Source of the DNA: Amoebophrya sp. A120
Lineage: Eukaryota; Protista; Dinoflagellata
DNA: 64,000 nucleotides
Assembly (NCBI GenBank): GCA_905178155.1
Contig: CAJINV010000017.1
Location: forward strand, 1,686,139-1,750,138
Direction: 5' to 3'
The translations under genes and the position numbers were made by a program. The notes under the pieces were generated by a model. The model had not been told where the DNA came from and searched no databases. It saw only the letters and a list, made by a program, of their open reading frames with translations. Shown here piece by piece: positions 1 to 13,800 of the stretch; positions within the stretch are counted from its first letter, which is position 1; every line of letters starts with the position of its first letter.

Positions 1-1316
1 GGCCTGTGGGGGTATACTTGTGAGCGCCAACCTGCAGGACCTGAAATCGAAGGCGAAGAAGGATAAGAGGGCCGGAGGCTGGTACAAAGCCCTGTTTGGG
101 GTTTTGCACGATAGCGGCGTCCGCTGCTGCGGACCCTGGCTCCGCCCGGTCTTTCTGGACAACAAAACTCCGGCGGAGATGCACGAGTGCCTTGCGGGGA
201 TCGATGTCATGCAGAACCTCAAGGACGCGCGGATCGACGTGCACAAGAAATTGGCGAAGCGCATCGAGGGCGGGTCGTGGAGCGTGTATTGTTATTGTTG
301 CGTAGGAATGGTTTCGAGTTTCTCTGAGTATTGCTTCACATGCCGGGAGAACGATAGATGTTGCGCGACTTCTTTGTGTATTTACATTGGTCTTTGCCAG
401 GGGGGGTCGCGGTAATCATGGCGTGACGAGCTAACCGGCTCTACTTCTTTTAGATTATAGCTTGCTCCTCCACTGCGATGCGGGGCACCGGTTTAAAAAA
501 GAAAACACATCTTCAAAACAGCCAGGCTCTTTCTCAAGCAGGCCACCGCGAAGAAGGCGGGCGACCTGCCTGCCATTTCCTACGACCTGTTCCTGCTGGA
601 GAAGGAGGTGAATCAGATCGACCGGGACCAATACAAGCTTCTGTCGGAGTGCAAGGACGAGTACGCCGAGGACAAGAAAACGTGGACGCGTGGTGGGAAA
701 TGGGACACGGCTTCGGAAAAGATGAGCAACTGGCTGGCCCTCTCGTACACCGGCCGGCAGGAGGCTATCAAAATGGGAGCGGGCGACGACGAGACGGCCC
801 AGCTCGTCAAGGACTACGGTACCCGCCTCGCGAAGGCGCAGAAGGTGAACCTGAAGGCCGTCGCGCCGTTGCTCAAGAAATTCGTAGGCATGGTGAAGGT
901 GTTGGACACCAAGCCGACCGAAGCACGTGCTTCCAACTTCGATTTTTTATAATTGCGTAGTGGCGCTATGAGTTCCTTCCTATCTCGTTTCCTCCTATTT
1001 CGCTTTCATTCTCCTAGTGCGCAGCGGTGTTATGTTTTTTCCTATTTCGTTTTGATTCTCATCCGCTGGAATTTACGAGTACAGTGCCCGTCTCCAACTA
1101 TGAAAATAATAATCATTCACAGTTGCCAAGACCGCCCAGGACCTGCACACGATGCTGAAATACTCCGTAGTGTATTTCACCGAGAAAGAGGACGAGGAAT
1201 TCGACATGTACGCGAAGAAACTCGCCGCTTGGGAGCAGAAGCGGAGCAACATAACCGACCGGAAGGCTGCCAAGAATCGCGGCACTTTGAAGGCCGCGCG
1301 GGCAAGTGGGAAGTGA
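1..1316 (+). CDS. 5'-partial hypothetical protein with conventional introns (GC-AG 270..521, GT-AG 927..1122); may continue through small exons to ~1.7 kb
   Basis: Joining ORF 20..415, ORF 608..952 and an exon from 1123 gives one frame (KRIE|ARLFLKQ and PTEA|LAKTAQDL). The introns are AT-richer, end in CAG and have no TIRs. Confidence 0.55.
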
Positions 1317-2492
1317 TGGGCTGTGGGGAACCGGTCGGCCGGATTGTTCTGCAGCAGTTTCTACTTGATGTCCACACTTAGTTTTTTTACGTTATCTTCT
1401 AGAGAGTATTTATTTCCATGTCTACTCTCACCAGGACCATGAGCTCCGGTCTCTGGAAAACGAAAGAACCGCGATCGTGTTTCTCTTTGGGATTTTGAAT
1501 GTGTGACTACAATTCTTATTAGCAGTGCGCTACACTCCGAACTATCTCAGCTTTTTCGTTAGTCTTTACGAAGAGAATTCTCTTGATTTTCACCGCGCGA
1601 GGAATGCACCTCAGGGACCTGGTCCAACAGAACACGAATTTGAGAAATCTGATATGGCTTTGCATGGCACCAACGAGCGACTTCGTCGGGTAGAAAAGAA
1701 GCTGGGTTTTTCATGAATGAGCAAGAACTCCTTGCATGTTTCACCATGCAACCACAGACCGACAATTTCTTTGTCCACACGACGAGCACTTTTTGAAAAT
1801 TGACAAAACGAAAAGGCCGATGACAAAACCGATGATGAAGCTGTCTCTCAAGTCCAATGCTATGAATCCCGACAAGGGCCGGGGAGTGGGACAACATTGC
1901 GAAATGTTGCGGCACAATGACCACCAGCCAACATCTTTTGAAACCATTTGGACCAGATCTAGAACACATCAGTCACCACGCATGACAGATTCGCTGTTTT
2001 TGTAGTATAGGCTTGCAAGAATGGTGGCACTCAGCTGGTTGACATGCCTGAGCCCATTCGCCCGCGTAGTTTTGATCGCGTTTTCGTACTGCGTGTGGCG
2101 CTTCCGTCAGACAGGCATCTTCTCGTGTGTTTGGGTCCGAGCCCGCTGGGCCATCTTGCGTTTCTTTCGCAGAGGCTCTGCAAGGCTGCTCGGACGGGGC
2201 CTGAGCTTCGTGCTGCGAGGCCTTTTCCGATTGTAAAGGGACGACTGACAAAAAGGCCTTCTTCCCGGCCCTTCTCTGTCATGACCCCTAGGGCCCCTCC
2301 CCTTCATGGAAATTTCGCGACTATGGGCCAGCCACAAACCTGACAAGACCCACCTCCTGCGGCGGGTTTGCGCAGTGGCACGGGCCGGGCCCCTTTGCGC
2401 CGGCGAACTTGTTCGCCTCGCGGCCCCACGAACAGGCTTTCTTTTTTGAAAATCCCGCACGGGATAGCGCCTTAATAGGCGCCCGCCGCCGC

Positions 2493-2519
2493 CCCGGGGC
2501 CTCTGACTGAGGCCCCGGG
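2493..2519. repeat. Perfect 11-bp GC hairpin
   Basis: CCCGGGGCCTC-tgact-GAGGCCCCGGG; a 6-bp stem GCGCCT/AGGCGC lies just upstream (2467-2482). Confidence 0.8.
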
Positions 2520-2928
2520 CACTGTAACTTGTCAGCACATCAAACCACCGGCGTTCCATTGGATGTCAAAAGAACGCTGCGAGCAAGCGTGCGTGCGAGA
2601 ATGGAAAGAGAACTGAGAGCGAACTTGTGAAGATCCTCGCGCTATCGTCGTTCGCTGAACAACAAACAACTGCGAAGCAAATGTGAACCCTTTAGGAAAG
2701 AGAAAGATTATTCGTGTCGCCAACACGCCGGCGCGGTTGGCAAGAAACTGGCCAGACGAATTTGTGTCGTCTGTGCGTGTACGCTGCTGCTGGATCGCGC
2801 AGCTTGTTCTTCGTAGATCTGCAGTGCATTCGTTTGCGTTTCAAGATGATCACGAAGACACACTACGTGTAACTACCCAGTTACAGGCACTGGATGCTCC
2901 ACGACTTGCTGGCCAATCTTGATCTCCG

Positions 2929-3097
2929 TCCATCGCCCCGACCCGGGGCGCTGGATCCATGCTGCCCGACCTGCCGGCCAGCCTCGACCCCCATCCAACG
3001 CCCCGGCCCGGGGCGCAGGAAGGATCCGTCAGGAGCCGGTGGGCACCCCCAGTCGCTCTCCATCCAATGCCCCGGCCCGGGGCGTTGGATCCATGTC
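2929..3097. repeat. Three imperfect ~65-70 bp-spaced copies of a palindromic GC unit
   Basis: CCATC..(C/T)GCCCCG(G/A)CCCGGGGCG near 2935, 2999 and 3068, each followed by GGATCC; CGCCCCGG-c-CCGGGGCG is self-complementary. Confidence 0.75.
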
Positions 3098-4420
3098 GCT
3101 TGGTCGCGGCATCAATGGCACAGGGTTTATCCCCTTGGCCATTTTTATCAACTGCAAATAATGTAATTCCGAACCCGTCATCTTCTCGTCGTGCTCCTGC
3201 TCGTGCACAAGCACAAAGGAAGTGAGTCATAGAAAAGTCTATCACTATCTCTATCATGTAGTTGACGGTAATGCACGTCTTGCAAACCCAAATTACCGGC
3301 TCCTTTTTGATGTCCACACAAGCAAGGCTGGCCTTAGTTGCGCAAGACCGATACAGGCATCGATGACCCTAAGCAAAATCTTGTAGAGCTTGTATGCAAA
3401 CACAAGCAGCAGCAACAGTTGATGCGACTCAGCGACACTACTTGCAGTCGATAGCGCGCTCGTCCGTTGTAAAAAGTTTCTTCATCCTCATGATCCTGTT
3501 CCTGATCGTCCGTATTCTGTGCAAAAGTATCGTAGAGTCGTCTCACTGCAAGATTACGGCTTTATTGCAGAGTGCTTTTCTTTCTTTCCCCGATTGCTAT
3601 TCTTCGAGCACGAGCATGATCAGGGTAACAAACTCCGTTATTGCTTCGTCATCGTCCCCACCAAGGTGAATAGAAATTAGGCGTTTGCTGTAGTGCTAAT
3701 GTTGCTAATCTTGCTTTTATCTTTATAGATCCTCCATCTAGAATTACGATATTTTTTTCCGTGCATAACCCGAGGAAACCGACGACTTGCTGTTGCTGCG
3801 CTCCGAATCGGATCCAAAACTCGGCCCTTGTTCCAGATCCTTGCTTTGTCCACTGCTGGTTTTGCTGCCATTCTTCTCGACACCGGAGGACGTCGTGGGG
3901 GTTTGCCGCTCCTGGCCACGGGAAAGACTGCGCCCGCCCGATGCGTGCAGTGGTACCTTATTTATCATAGCTACGGACATTTACGTTTTGTTGTTAAGCT
4001 ATAGTAGAGCTTCCAGAGTCAGATCATTCTTTCGCAGCAATAACGTGCTCACTGAGTAGTTCTACCTTTTTTTTCCCTTTCGGTGGAGCACATGTTCCGG
4101 TGAGGTTCTTGCGCTTCACCACGGAAAACAGGATGAGGAGAATCAGCAACAGGGTGACAACAAAGAGAAATGAGGAGGCCGGGTGTGCAAAAACGAAGTC
4201 GGTGGCGTGAAGGATTACCTGGTGGCGAGTGTCAGTTGGTGTAGTTTTTCCTGCATGGTGCGTGCAGCGTTGTTTCCTTCTTCCCAACAGGAAGGAATTG
4301 TTACGGAACAGGCAAAGTGAGATGAGAAGCAATTTAACACCTCCAAAAAACCAAGGCTAGCGCTAGGCACAGTCGTATGCAGCATGGAGATGGAAATCAA
4401 TGAAAAAGTACTTATATTTA

Positions 4421-7033
4421 TTATCCGCAGAGGCAGATGGTGCAACCATTGCAGTTGTTCTGCTTCTGTACCTGTTCGAAGCTCCCAACAACTCGCATCA
4501 GAATCCCACCAGTGAAAACATTGCCGCCTGCGTGCCCGTTTGAATTCGCGGCGGCCGGTAGTAGATTGGAGTTCGAGTGGCCTTCACTTACCGGTCCTTC
4601 CGTGCGCAACATCTGTTTGCCGGCTGAGGCTGAGGAAGAACTGAGTGAAGAAATGGAGACAGAATCGTGTTTGTAGGAGGCTGCGGCCGTGTTCGGCTTC
4701 TGCTCTTCATCGTGCGCCACATCCCCTCCTCCACCAGACACCGTTGCAGCTTCGGCACCGAGCTTCGCAGTAGATGATGTCCCTCGTGTGGCTGAAGAAG
4801 CGTCTTTCGCCACGGAAGACGGTGCGGCGCTCGTCGCCAATGGCGCTGTTGGTTTAGTCACTGCAGTGGCGCGACTGTCACGGCTTCTCGCGTTTTTCGA
4901 GTATTCTGAAAAAACAGCTGACCCTGACGCCGACGCCGACGCGGACCGCTTTACCGATTGTTCCCCCGGAAACGTTTGCTGCGCTGCTGTAGATGTAGAA
5001 GCACGGTCACGGAGAGCCGGCGGCGCCATGCCATCTGCCTGGATTTCTCTTCCTATTTGCGACTGCGCTTCATCTGACACTGTGCTGCGGGCGCCGGCAC
5101 TTGATGTTTCTCCACCGGGCGTCGCTGCAGATGCAACTTGCCGAGACTGACCGAGGCCCTTGTTCGTCGTCGGGTTTCTATTGGCGTCCCCTGTGGACGA
5201 CCCCAGCGCAACGCGCGGCATAGCAGTGTCCGCACCGGGTGGCGGCGCCTGCTGCGGCTGTGTTTCCGCGGGGGGGGTGCCCTCGGCTCTTGGGCTTGCA
5301 GGCGTTGGGGCCAGTGCTGCGGCAGCTGCATCTTTAGCGCCCTCCAGCTCCACGAAAGAGGCCAATCGAGCTTGCTGCCTTGCTTGCGCGTTTTTTTGTT
5401 GTTGGTCTTCGTTGCGCGCCCGAACCTCTACCTGGATTCGTTCGCGGATTTGTCTGACCGCTGTCTCCGGGCCATCGCGGTCCAATGCTGGCTCGTCCAT
5501 TGCCAGATTTCTTTGCGGAGCGAAAATTGCGCTCAGCACGTTACCGGCGAGTGGCCTCAGTACCGCGGGGTCAATCGGGAGAAGGGGATCCACCAGCCAC
5601 GCCTGGGCGTGCTGGATGACATACACATTCTGGTCGACGACGTTCACTGGTGGCCGGAGCTGGACCTTCTACATCAAGTTACTGCGCGGCTGCAACGTGC
5701 CTATGTTGTTGAAGCGGGGTCCCGCGGCCTGGGGACCGGACAGCAGCAGTGGTTTCCAGCCAAACTGCTGCTGCTCCTCCACCGGGGCGTGGGACAGTTC
5801 GAGCATCTGCATATTTATGAGATGGAACTTCTGGTCTGTCTGCGTCCCCTGAAGGATCGGCTCCGGTACCAGAATATTAAGCTTGCTCTTGACTGTGTAC
5901 GTCTGCTCGACGCCGCCAGCAACGTCGCCGGCGGCGGTCTTAATTTTTTGCGTTAGCAAATAATTCCAGGAAGTGCCTTCGGACTCGGCGACCTCGATGG
6001 TCGAGGAGTAGCCTTCTATGACACGACCTTCCCCGACACCAGGGTAGGGCACTCGCCCCGAGGCGGGTGCTGCGGGCGCGTCCCCCACTAGCTGAAGGTT
6101 TGCGTTTGGTGGAATCGGAATTCTGCGCTTTACTTCCTTGAAGTTGGGATCGTTGTCGTCCAGTGGCAGAATCTTCAGTCGGTTGGTATGTTGGTCCCCG
6201 GGCGGTGATTTGGAATATGCCCACGCGAGGATCGGCGTGTGATAGAAAGCACCACAGACGATGCTGTACATGACAGCTGTATGCAGGGCAGGGACTAACT
6301 TGTTCTGCACATACGCCATCGTTAACGTTTCATCCGCTGCCGCGGCCGCCGTTGTAGTTGTTCCAGAGCCCATCACTCTACTTCTGATGGCAGCTACCAC
6401 GCTGGCCTGCGTCTCAAGTTCTGACGTCGCCTTGCTTGCTTCTCGGTGTACAGTTCCTGTCGACATTTTCATTTGTTGATGATTGGTTGGGCTTTGCTGC
6501 AACACATCGCCCATGGCCATGCTGACCTCGGGTGGGTGTGGGTTTACATTGGAGTCCTCGACGTGGCTTGTTGCGCGAGGAAGAGATGATGAAGAAATAT
6601 GCTGCCTCTTTTTTGGAGCTTGATCATGATCCTCTTGACTTGCACTTGCTGAGGCACCACCAGTGGTCATAGCGTATTCTTCATGATCCTGGATGTTGTG
6701 CTCCGAGGTGGCCGCGGTGCTGCTTTCCGTACTAATCATTCGTCCTTGCGCCGTCGGCAAGACCGGCGGAACTGTATCTGTGCGAGGAATGGGGGAGCTA
6801 CTCAGCTCATTCTTGTTGGGATAAGATGTTGTCGAAGGAGATGTCACTTGATGTGTCTCCGGAGATTTTACACTACTCGTAAGTTGTTTCTTGTCCTCGC
6901 CGCTGCTTGTCACCGGACTGCGATCCTGAATTTCGGCCGCACACCTTCCGCACCAGCTGCACAGAACCGCGAGCCGGATACAGCTCCAGGTAAGGCGCAA
7001 TACGTGCGGCGGCATCCTGGCGGGCTTCGTCAC
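4421..7033 (-). CDS. Ser/Thr/Ala-rich hypothetical protein with probable signal peptide, interrupted by one in-frame TAG (5669-5671); possible pseudogene
   Basis: ORFs 5669..7033 and 4421..5647 are in the same frame (PRSNLM*KVQLRPPVNVV). N-terminus MPPHVLRLTWSCIRLAVLCSWCGRCAA is hydrophobic. The true 3' end is uncertain. Confidence 0.5.
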
Positions 7034-7877
7034 CTTGCGACGGACGCGCTGACGCTGAGAGGGGAGTCCAGCAAACGTCTCACAACCGTGTAAAAGAGCT
7101 GCGGGTGGAGAACCACAAGGCCGGTTTGCCTGCGTTATTAAGTGACGGAACTTTCGTTTGTCCCAGCAGGCTGCATTTCAAGCGTGTTGGTGGCTTCTCA
7201 GATACTGAGTAGACCACTGCCGCACCCGGAGTCAGGAAGTAACTCTAGCCCTATCTTTCAAGGCTCGCCGAGAATAAGAATACTAACTTGAGGATTACTA
7301 ATCGTGATCAAGACATTTTCGCTCAAATACTCGCATCATGATCTTCTCCACTTGAACCGATGCACTCAAATGACAGAAAAGCAAGAATGACATCCTGCAC
7401 CATGACGATACTAGTAGCCTTAGCCTGTTTCTGTTTCATCTGTTTCGCCCAGCGAACGCTTTTCTTGTTACATAATTGCACTCATTCTCATGCGCTCGTT
7501 CTCCCACCGGTTTCTCATCTGAATCTGATGTGTACGCAAAATTTTCGTTTCCGTGCGAACTTCATGATCATGAAGAGACTAAATACACTGCTGCGGCAGG
7601 CGCCGATAAGCACCAGAAAATTATTCAATTCTAAATTCCGTATCCGTAGCCGTCGGATAGCATTTGCATTATTTGCTAACAGTGCTACTAGACAAGCCTA
7701 TTTCATCGACCTTCATCTCCACGGACTTTTTTGAGGCAGGTCCGGTATTTGTTACTCATGATCTCCGTGAATATTGAAAAGAGAAGAATGAGCTAGAAAG
7801 GTACTTCTAGTTCCTTCGGGGAAAGTTTTTCTTGCGCCGATCCACTAACTAAGTAATCGCAGCATGATCATGTATCT

Positions 7878-10800
7878 TCATCTTGCGCGTCCCGCGCCTC
7901 CTTTCCCACCACCCAGCAGCTGATTTGCGTCCGCAGGTGGCGGCCTCGCGAAATTTTCTTCAAAAAAGAAAAACGCGTCGAAAATGTCCATGTCTTCCGC
8001 CTCATCGCCGACAAACAGGAAATATGAAAGCGCTTCACAAACCCCCTGCTTACCTCCTTTTTTTTTTCGCTTCCACAAGACAGATTTCGCTTCCACAAGC
8101 CAGATGATTCCACGTCCTCTAGGCAGAAGAGCTGCTTGATGGGGTGCAGCATGTTGTGATGCAAACTTGGGCTAAAACTAAAGGAAAAAGGCAACGTCTC
8201 GAATTGTGTTGAAGTTGATATGATGCCTTAGCCTTTCATCGGATCTGCATGACAAATTAGGTGGAGGTAGGACACTAATCGTGCACTCTCATAGCGACCC
8301 GGCCGCCGGGGCCAGAAAGTTGAAGCAGGAAGACGGTAGCATGTTGTCGCCGGACAATCCCCACTTTTCCGCCCCGCCGGGGGCCTCCCACCGGGTACCG
8401 TGAATGACAAGTCCCTCGCCCGCGCCAACTCCGCGGCGACCGAACACGCTACGGAGCTGCCGGACCTGCGTCGCCACTTCCCAGCTGACGACTTTCTCGT
8501 ATTTCCACGAGTGTAGCTGCATCGCCTCGCCGAACGGCCCGATCACATCCTTGAACAGGAAGCGGTGCTTTTCCGGGAAAACCAAAAAGTCCCGAGGTTT
8601 TCGGTAGGCCAATTGCAGTTTCTCGTAGTCGAGGAGCACGCGCGGCTGCTTTTCTCGCAACTCCGCGGTTGCTTCCCCGGTGTCAGCGTAACGAAATTGG
8701 TCGCTGCTGTCGACCATCCACCAGCCACCGCTCCAGGACTTGCCCTCGGCGGTGTCCAAATTTTGCGTGGTGGTTTGCGGCTGTTCGCTTCGCCCGATGA
8801 TGGCGGCGGAAAGGAACCGGTACAGACTCTGTATCAAATGTAAAAATGTCTGGGTCTGGAAGATTCATGCTGTTTTTGCATGACACGGAAGGTCTGGCAT
8901 GGAAGCTCTAGCATCACAGGTTTCGAGAAGCTTCCGCAATGCCGAACCCGCATGAGAAATCCCCCACTTTGGTGACAGAAAGTGGGCAGCTTTTGCTACC
9001 TATGCATGAGAGATTTTTCTGTGTTCGAAAATGCGCATCACAAGTTAGGATCCTTCCAGACCCAGACATTTTTGCATTTGATACTCTGCGTGTCCGCGCA
9101 ACCGACTTTGAACTTGAACGGAGGGGACATTTTCAGGCCGTAATGCAGCGTCAATTCCTCGTCCGAGATCTTCAAGTGCTTGTCGATTTTGCCAGGAAGG
9201 CTCAACTTCCAATAGTGAATCTCGTCGTAGGGGATGCTTCGCCACCTGGACCGCGAGCCTTGGGATATGCACGAGAAAAAGTGCGTCAGTGTAAGTCTGT
9301 GATGCGAACAATAAACATGCAAGTAGAGAGATGCGTCTGTCATGCTGGATATGGATTAGAGAATGAATCAAGTCGAGTAGCGAGCGCGCGTTTTGACGTC
9401 CTATCTGCGCAGGACATGAAGAGGTTTTTGCTTTTATACCGGATAGATTTGAAATGCTGTTCCACCAAGTGACACTTACACACGTGTTTTCTTGGATATG
9501 CGAGGTGAGCTGTGTGGAGGAGAAAAATGTTGACGCGGTGTTGTCATAGTCACGATGCAGGATGCGGAAGCTGGTAAACATATGGAACCGCCAGGAGGCT
9601 CGAAATTAATGACAAGAGTGAACAAGAAAGTAAGGACTTGCAATGCCGATGCATGAAAGGCAGCCAGGCACAGAGTGCCTGTCCTGCAGGAGTTGCAGTA
9701 GGGTCAGAGTCAGAGATGGACGAGCAGCCTGTGAAAATAAAAAATGACAAAAAAAGGTGTCTTTGTTTCCCCAAACAGCATCAGAGATTGGATTTAATAG
9801 GAGCGTCCGAAATTTGTGATGCGCAGCCTCGAGATTCAAGTTGGGTTTCCGATTGGTATCATCTATCTTATGCACTCCAGCAAATTATTTCAACTTTCTT
9901 TGTAGTCCATTTCGAGCACCATGACGCATCCATAAAACAGCAAGATGTCGTGCCGGTTCTGTGCGGTGAAGCCGAAGTGAATCTTTTCACCGGGAAGAAA
10001 CAGGTGCAGCCCAGGATTGTTCTTGTCGTTCTCGCCTCCGCTCGGAGTCGATTCCGTTCCTTCCAAGGTTCGCGCCATCAGAAGCTGCTTGACGGTTTCC
10101 GGTATCAAATGCATATATGTCTGGGTCTGGATGAAGATTCTGAGATTTGTCATGCAGTTTTTCCAAGCTCCGCTAAGTCTGGAATGCAGGGCCTAGCATC
10201 GGAGGATCTGCAGTCGCTTACCCTTTGTGATGCCTGTTCTGCATGAGAAATGCCCTGTCAGCATGACCAGAAATGAGCACCTTTTGCAAGTCACGCAACA
10301 CAGATTTTTGTATGATCCGCAACATGCATCACAAGTTCGCATCCTTCCAGACCCAGACATATTTGCAATGCATATCCGGCTCCTCCTGGTAGTACTGGTT
10401 TGCCAACCACGACTATCGCAAGAAAAAAGTCGTGTTGCAGTTCCACATTGTGATGCTGCAGGACCGGCATGACAGACAACCTTTGTCATGCGCAAAATGC
10501 TTGCGGGCTTGGCTTCATTCATGTTTTCCCGTCTGAGCTCTGCATTGGAAGATTTCTCTGATATGCAAAAAGAGTTTGTAATGTATTTTTGAAGTACATC
10601 AAGTAGTTCTTACAAACAAGTGTGTAACGGTAAAACTTTTTCCCCGGGATAACGACACTCCGGACTGAAACCAGCTGCTCCCCTGTTCGCACACGTGCTC
10701 GTTTTCTTCCACAATGCTCCGCCAGGTTTTCGTATCTTCTTTTGGCGGGGCAACGGCGCCCTTCTTTTCGGATACCCGCGTGAGCCGGAAGGACAAGTAA

Positions 10801-13800
10801 GCGTGTACGGCGATATTGAGAGGAAAAATGCCCCCTCCCCATATTGAAAACGCATTCGTCTGAAAATTTGTGATGCAGATCTGAGGTCACAAATCCTCTG
10901 TGTCTTGCAAGAAGGCAAAGCCAGAGAGTCCGCCGCATAATGCCGGCGGTTTGTGATGCTGTTTGGCTTACAGAGCCGACGTCTGTCATGCTAGTCCCCT
11001 ACGTCAAAACCCCTCGACCCAGGCTTGGCATATGCCTGCAGTCCTCTCCAGCAAGACAGACCTGATTTGTGTACGCAAATCCAGCATCAGAAACTTTGTT
11101 TCGATATGGGGAGGGGGGATTTTTCCCTTTGATAGGCGAGCAAGGACTCACTGCCCCGAAAATCGACCATCACTTCTCTCAGCCCGTTGTTGAAATCCCA
11201 AGCTCTTTAATCGCAGGAAAAAAAGTGGATCGTGTCAGTCTAACGAGTGCAAGCGGACGCGGTGCTGGTCTACGTAAATCTAATTCTTAAGTTCATTTTT
11301 TCATATAATATTGTCCAGAATTACATGCCAGACTACACCCAGCACACGTATCATGTTGCCAACAAGAAAGAATGACGTATGAAAATGAGTGTCCCTTTGA
11401 GGCAACGGAAACGGATTTGATTTCACAGGCTAGATTGTACATGATGTTGACAGTGAAAGGTTTTTTTTTTTCAGCTGCATGACTGAGCATGCAGGGGACA
11501 CGAGAGTGAGACAAATCTTCTGAATGTGTAGGAAATTACTGCGATGTAGTTGTCAGATGATATCTTCTAAAGGAGCGCCAGCAGTTCCGACAGTAAGACT
11601 GACGCAATACTTCCTACTTGTCGGATATCCCGCCGCTCTGCACTCGTCAATATTCGTGCACCATCCAGCGACCGAATTTGCAAATTGCAGCATTTGTCCT
11701 TCACGTTCGCGCAATCCCAGTTCCTGCTTGCTAACCTGCGTGGCTTGCTGCTCGCGTTGCTGCGTCATCAGCGCCTGCGCCCTGGCGGACTCGGCCTGCT
11801 GATGTTGATGCAGTTCTTTCCGAGCGGCCTCATTTGTCCCGGTTTTTCTTGCCGTCTTGTCCCGATGTTGAACGAGATTTTCTTGTTGTTCTCGGTTGTT
11901 CATTGCGATCGTGTTGTCCAACTCCATGAAAGCGTTTCTCAGTGCTGGCGGTTGCTTATGAGAGTGCACAACTCCCCCTTCCCCACATTTGTATAGCATG
12001 AAGATGAACAGCAAAAATTATACAAACACCAGAACACGTGGAGGCTACGCATGACAAATTTGAGTACCTAATGGAGTATACTGTTTCCGTTTGGGCTCCT
12101 TCCGAAATTGGTCATGCAAACAGTGCTACAAGGCAACGACTGAATTTGGCATTTTGCATCACAAATGGGGGGGAATGGGATTTGTGCAATGTCATATTGC
12201 GAAAGAGCATGACGCAGCTCCCGATCCTCATCTTGTCCTTCATGAGCTGGCGACGTATTCGCTACTAGGCCTGTCTGATCAACATCTTCATCCTCGTTTT
12301 TCAGTCCGCCGAGTTGCAGATAGGAGTAGCTCTGTGAGCCCCCCTCCAGAACTTCGGCCACCGATGTGGATACTAAAGAAATCGGCGAAACAGAAGTCGG
12401 GGTTGCGGCCACGATGCTGTCGCCAGTGCGTGGCTCGACCTCCGACGACAGCGGAGAAGTAAGTCCAGCACGGGCTGAAGTTGACGAACTTCGGGAAGAC
12501 GTAGACATTGCGCCCGTCAGATGATGCTCCAACGCAAGATCTTCTGCGTCGTGGTCCTCCGATGGTCGCAGAGTGCTGCTTTTCACCACGACGCCTGCAG
12601 AAGTAGTTGGACTAGCGTGCTTCTGGTTCTTGGCTCCATCGTGGTCTACGACAGCATCATGTTCCACCTCCTTAACCTCGCTGAAAGAGAGGAACGAAGA
12701 AGACACAAAAGCACCCAACAGCTGCACACCCTCTCCAAGCAACTCGAGTCCCGCACCAACTTCCCCTCCCCCGACCCCGTCATGTTCTGGATCCGGAGGA
12801 GGAATGTAGACGCCCGGCACGTATGAAATGCAAAAGTGTCTGGGTCTGGAAGAATGCAAGATTTGTCATGCATATTTCTCATGACCCATGATGCCTGTAA
12901 TCCTTGACCTAGCATCGCAGACTTTTAGAGGGCTTCCTGATGCACCTTCCACATGAGAAATACCCTGTCCGTGTAGCAAAAACTGTACCCCTCTTGCTAG
13001 TCATGCAATACAAATTTTTTTAGAGTCCAAAAACAGCATGACAAGCTGCATTCTTCCAGACCCAGACATATTTGCACTTGATAGCACGTCGGTGGACACG
13101 AAGAGTTCGCCCTCGCTATCGTAAGGAAAAATCCCCCCTCCCAATATCGAGATGAAGTATCTGATGCTGGATTTCCGTACATAAATGCGCGCTGTCTTGC
13201 AGTAAGGCATCGCAGCCAGAAGATCCTCAGCCTAGGTAGGGGCTTTGGGTCTAGTTGTTTCGCACTACAAACGGCTGGCCCCTAGGCCCAACAGCATGCC
13301 AAATCGCTTCCATATTAATGGCGCGAAAGCCTCTGCGCTTGTCTTCTTGCAAGACAGGCGTGATGTATGGTCTCAAGTCAGCAACACAAATTTTCGGAAT
13401 CATACCGTTTCGATATAGGGAGAGGGGATTTTTCCTTTTGATACTCGCCCCAGGGCAACACCTTCTCCGTCGCCGCCTTTTCGCGCAGCGCGAAGGACTG
13501 AATGGCGTTGTAGCCGTATGCAAGAAAAAAACTGTGTTAGTGTAACTCTGTAAGTAATGCAGAACATGCAACAGGTTTACACCTGTCATGCCCCATAGCC
13601 ATGAAGTCCTCTTTTCAACATGTGTGTTTTTCTTACAAGCCACGTATGACAGGTTTTCTCTGTCATGTAGACCGAATTTCTGATGCTGTCAGCCAAAGAA
13701 AGTTAGGTTCACACGGTTTTTTTCTTGCACAAGTCGATGGAAATGTACTGCTCGTTCCCGAGAAACCCGCCCAGCAGGTTTCCAAAATCCACGAGCTTGT

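Noticed and set aside
3677-3919. Small basic ORF as a DVNP or histone-like protein
   Set aside because: No recognisable DVNP or histone motif; no other support.
7644-7652. Relic dinoflagellate spliced leader (CCGTAGCC)
   Set aside because: Only 8 nt match; the ATTTTGGCTCAAG part is absent.
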